Source: Candidatus Poribacteria bacterium (lineage in GTDB: Bacteria; Poribacteria; WGA-4E; PCPOR2b). From it: 64,000 bases of DNA. The stretch is from the NCBI GenBank assembly GCA_965218095.1, contig OZ244587.1, positions 6,286,490 to 6,350,489 of the forward strand, given 5' to 3'. Under the pieces are notes generated by a model, which saw only the letters and a program-made list of their open reading frames with translations, did not search any database and was not told the origin of the DNA. Below are positions 61,655-64,000 of this stretch, piece after piece. Every line of letters begins with the position of its first letter. The stretch's first letter is position 1. The position numbers and the translations under genes were made by a program.

Positions 61655-62473
61655 CTAATTTAAGCGAGCAATCTGTTGGATCAGAATGCGAATGTTTTTG
61701 ACAATTTCTTCCTGATCTGGTGGCTCATCTGATAAACGGATGTATGCCTTGAAAGCGGACAGGGATTTCGCGTGGGCATTGACCTGGTAGTACAGATAGC
61801 CGAGATCCCGATAGTCTTGTGCAGATTCAGGATCAAGCCATGTAATCCTTTCGCCGGCTCTGACCGCTTTTTCGTACTCTTTTTCCCTGAAGTAGATCTG
61901 TTTCAAGTTTCGTAGCATCCGCGCTAGGATCTGCTTATTCGGGACCGCTTGCAGAAACTGCGGCTGCATCGGTACGGACTCACGGAAAATTTGCGCTAAC
62001 CTCTCGGAGAGCACCTCGTCAGACAAAATGCGTCCGCCCTCGAAGGGATCAATAAAAGTTTCTAAATTCTTGTGTTTGACAATAAAATGCCCAGGGAAAC
62101 CAACACCCACTAATGGCAACCCGATCCGGTTCCCGACTTCCATGTACACAATCGAAAGCGTAATCGGAATGCCAATTTTGCGCTCAAGCACCTCATTGAG
62201 ATAGCTATTCTGTGGATCATAATAATGATCTTGACTGCTGCCCGTAAACCCTAGTTCCTCAAATAGATAGCGGTTCAGGTGGTTGATCTGTTCACGTGTG
62301 TCCGATTCCGGACCAATGTGCGCCTGAAGCTCCACAGCCATCTGAGCCAACTGCTGCAAATAAACCCTAATCTCAAGATCGGGGTAGGCATCTTTGGCAA
62401 TGAGAAGCGCGCTTTCAGCCAGGTCAATCTGATCATTTTCTAATTGCGCGAGCTCGAAAAAAAGCATCCCCAT
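61655..62473 (-). CDS. SirB1/YchA-like transglutaminase-TPR protein
   Basis: YYDPQNSYLNEVL, GIPITLS, GVGFPGHF, IDPF, RMLRNLK, RDLG. Confidence 0.9.
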   Translation of the reverse strand: MGMLFFELAQLENDQIDLAESALLIAKDAYPDLEIRVYLQQLAQMAVELQAHIGPESDTREQINHLNRYLFEELGFTGSSQDHYYDPQNSYLNEVLERKIGIPITLSIVYMEVGNRIGLPLVGVGFPGHFIVKHKNLETFIDPFEGGRILSDEVLSERLAQIFRESVPMQPQFLQAVPNKQILARMLRNLKQIYFREKEYEKAVRAGERITWLDPESAQDYRDLGYLYYQVNAHAKSLSAFKAYIRLSDEPPDQEEIVKNIRILIQQIARLN

Positions 62474-62577
62474 CCATATTTTTCATATCCATCGGCGGAA
62501 ACCAGCGACCTTTGACTTGTAGTCTCCACCTTCTCCTCTCTTCTGCTCAATTTTTTCTTGCGCTTCACCAGTTTTTC

Positions 62578-62606
62578 TTGCGCTTCACCAGTAAGTATGT
62601 TAAAAT
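62578..62606 (+). promoter_or_regulatory. Sigma70-like promoter of tRNA-Ala; -35 region tandemly duplicated
   Basis: TTGCGC-17 nt-TAAAAT; tttttcttgcgcttcaccag occurs twice (62552-62591). Confidence 0.65.
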
Positions 62607-62619
62607 AAACGTATCAAGT

Positions 62620-62692
<73 letters not shown>

Positions 62693-62745
62693 CCTTTTTT
62701 GTGCCCACCGCCTGATTTTCCCTTACCGCCCGGTTTTCCTTCAGA

Positions 62746-63220
62746 CTATTTCTGACTGTTGCTGGTTTTCTGATCTCTTTTCCCTTTTTTCGGGGAGGTG
62801 CCCACACGCCGGGGAGTTAAACCGTTATCTAACACGCCTAAGATTGTTAAATGCAACTGCGCACGTGGCGGTAGAGATCTGATGAGTTCATCCTCAGATT
62901 TCTCAACCTTCTGTTCTTGCTCCAGGCGTTGCTGGCGAAGCTTTTTGAGTGTCTCTCGGATCTCATCATCGGGTGCCATCGTATCTTTAGCAAGCCGATT
63001 CAGGGGACGCAGGTTTTCGATTGCTTGAATCTGTTTTTGACGTTTGAGTTCCCACAGGGCTTTGATCTGCACTTTTTTGTTCTGGCGTCACCCCGAGATC
63101 TGCCAGCGTCATGCTTTCGTCTTCGGTTGTTTTCTCCGTCCTTTGCGCCCACGCAACGAAGCCGAAAATCGTGGTGAATATCAGAAAGGCAAGTATAAGA
63201 CTTATATAAAACTTAGGCAT
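62746..63220 (-). pseudogene. Periplasmic Spy/CpxP-like helical protein, frameshift in an A run near 63075
   Basis: Signal peptide, LGVTPEQK|VQIKALW..; removing one A joins the two ORFs, so this may be an assembly error. Confidence 0.6.
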
Positions 63221-63318
63221 GTTTCACCTCCCAGTCGATTTAATGTTACCTGCCCCCACAAAATTTGGGGGCTCATAAACCTTGCGAAAGTTTAGAACCT
63301 TCGCAAGGTTTTTCTCGC

Positions 63319-63460
63319 TATTTCTGCATAATCATTTTGCGGAATTCTATCTTTTTGCCATTGGCTTCCAGCGTATAGAAAATAGATGCCGCTGGGGTTG
63401 GTACTCCCTTCATCATTTCTGCCATCCCGAGAGGCGGCTTTATTCTTCGCAACATAAGGA
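63319..63460 (-). pseudogene. Remnant of a T9SS-like C-terminal domain
   Basis: NKAA..DGRND.G...SGIYF/YTLEA..RKMIMQK*. Confidence 0.5.
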
Positions 63461-63524
63461 ATCGTAAATAAATAACTCATTGTTTTGGTTGACACTTGAC
63501 GCTTCATCTGGTAGATTTTAGATA

Positions 63525-63795
63525 TGCGAAATCGTGACGTATTCATACTATCCGAACCAAATACAATGCGCTGAAAGATGAGCTTGATGAACGGACTCGA
63601 TGCTTGTGGGGAGTAGCACAGGCCAATGCATCAGGTTTGGGCGGCATAAAAACTGTGTCCTAAGCGACGGGCATGGCAGAAAGTACCCTCCGAATTGGTC
63701 GGCGTGAATTGGAATCCATCTAATTGGAGAGCCGGCCGTGTTACAGAAGGTCGACGGCGGATAAGACGCACCGGAGGCGGGCGCAAGCGCCGGAC
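63525..63795 (+). mobile_element. ISAzo13-family transposase N-terminal remnant
   Basis: KYNALKDELDERTRCLW..GLGGIKTVS*ATG..TLRIGRREL..RIRRTGGGRK. Confidence 0.7.
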
Positions 63796-63799
63796 AACC

Positions 63800-63856
63800 A
63801 AATTGGTCATCGTAAGGTCGTTTCAAACAACAGATGTCCATATACACTCGCATCAT
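63800..63856 (-). pseudogene. 5' stub of a PIN-domain gene
   Basis: MRVYMDICCLKRPYDDQ, truncated at the ISAzo13 remnant. Confidence 0.55.
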
Positions 63857-64000
63857 GCTTCCCTCGCTGGTTCCCCCGCTTTCTTTCCTGTGAATTATGA
63901 TATAATTATAGCAGACGAGGCGATGAAAAACAAGCCCGTGAATTCCTAACATGGAGAAGGCGCATGACTTTTGTAGGCATTGACATTCGGTTGGATCAAG

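Noticed and set aside
63964-64000. MTFVGIDI start as an IS110 transposase
   Set aside because: Only 12 codons are visible; equally compatible with other RNase H-fold proteins such as DUF429

Overview
Bacterial chromosomal window, mostly minus-strand housekeeping genes (ilvD 5' end, accB, efp, mnmA, aroQ/B/K/A, purQ/L/D, murB, trpF, tRNA-Ala-GGC). These are interleaved with many decayed accessory genes and about ten IS elements or remnants (IS5 x4, IS630, IS982, IS1595, two near-identical 1109-bp DDE ISs, an ISAzo13 fragment). The protein style (Sel1, BNR/YCF48, DUF4159, T9SS-like C-termini) resembles Poribacteria-like sponge symbionts; this is inference only. Two signals stand out. (1) Two exported redox genes that the ORF track splits each have an in-frame TGA exactly at the catalytic Cys, followed by a SECIS-like hairpin: a DUF1223 thioredoxin-fold protein (UxxC) and a peroxiredoxin, both probable selenoproteins. 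(2) A 2.2-kb IS1595 element nested in an IS5 carries a convergently transcribed cargo of small ORFs embedded in a densely structured region. That region has long-range pairings and a 22-nt copy of the transposase gene's 3' end. Also seen: remnants of SIR2-TPR, DNA methylase-HNH and HNH-Sel1 genes, a nuclease(DUF151)-TlpA chimera, a REP palindrome read in frame inside purL, and an IS5 variant whose frameshift is abolished by a 16-nt duplication. Several single-base frameshifts lie in homopolymers and may be assembly errors.
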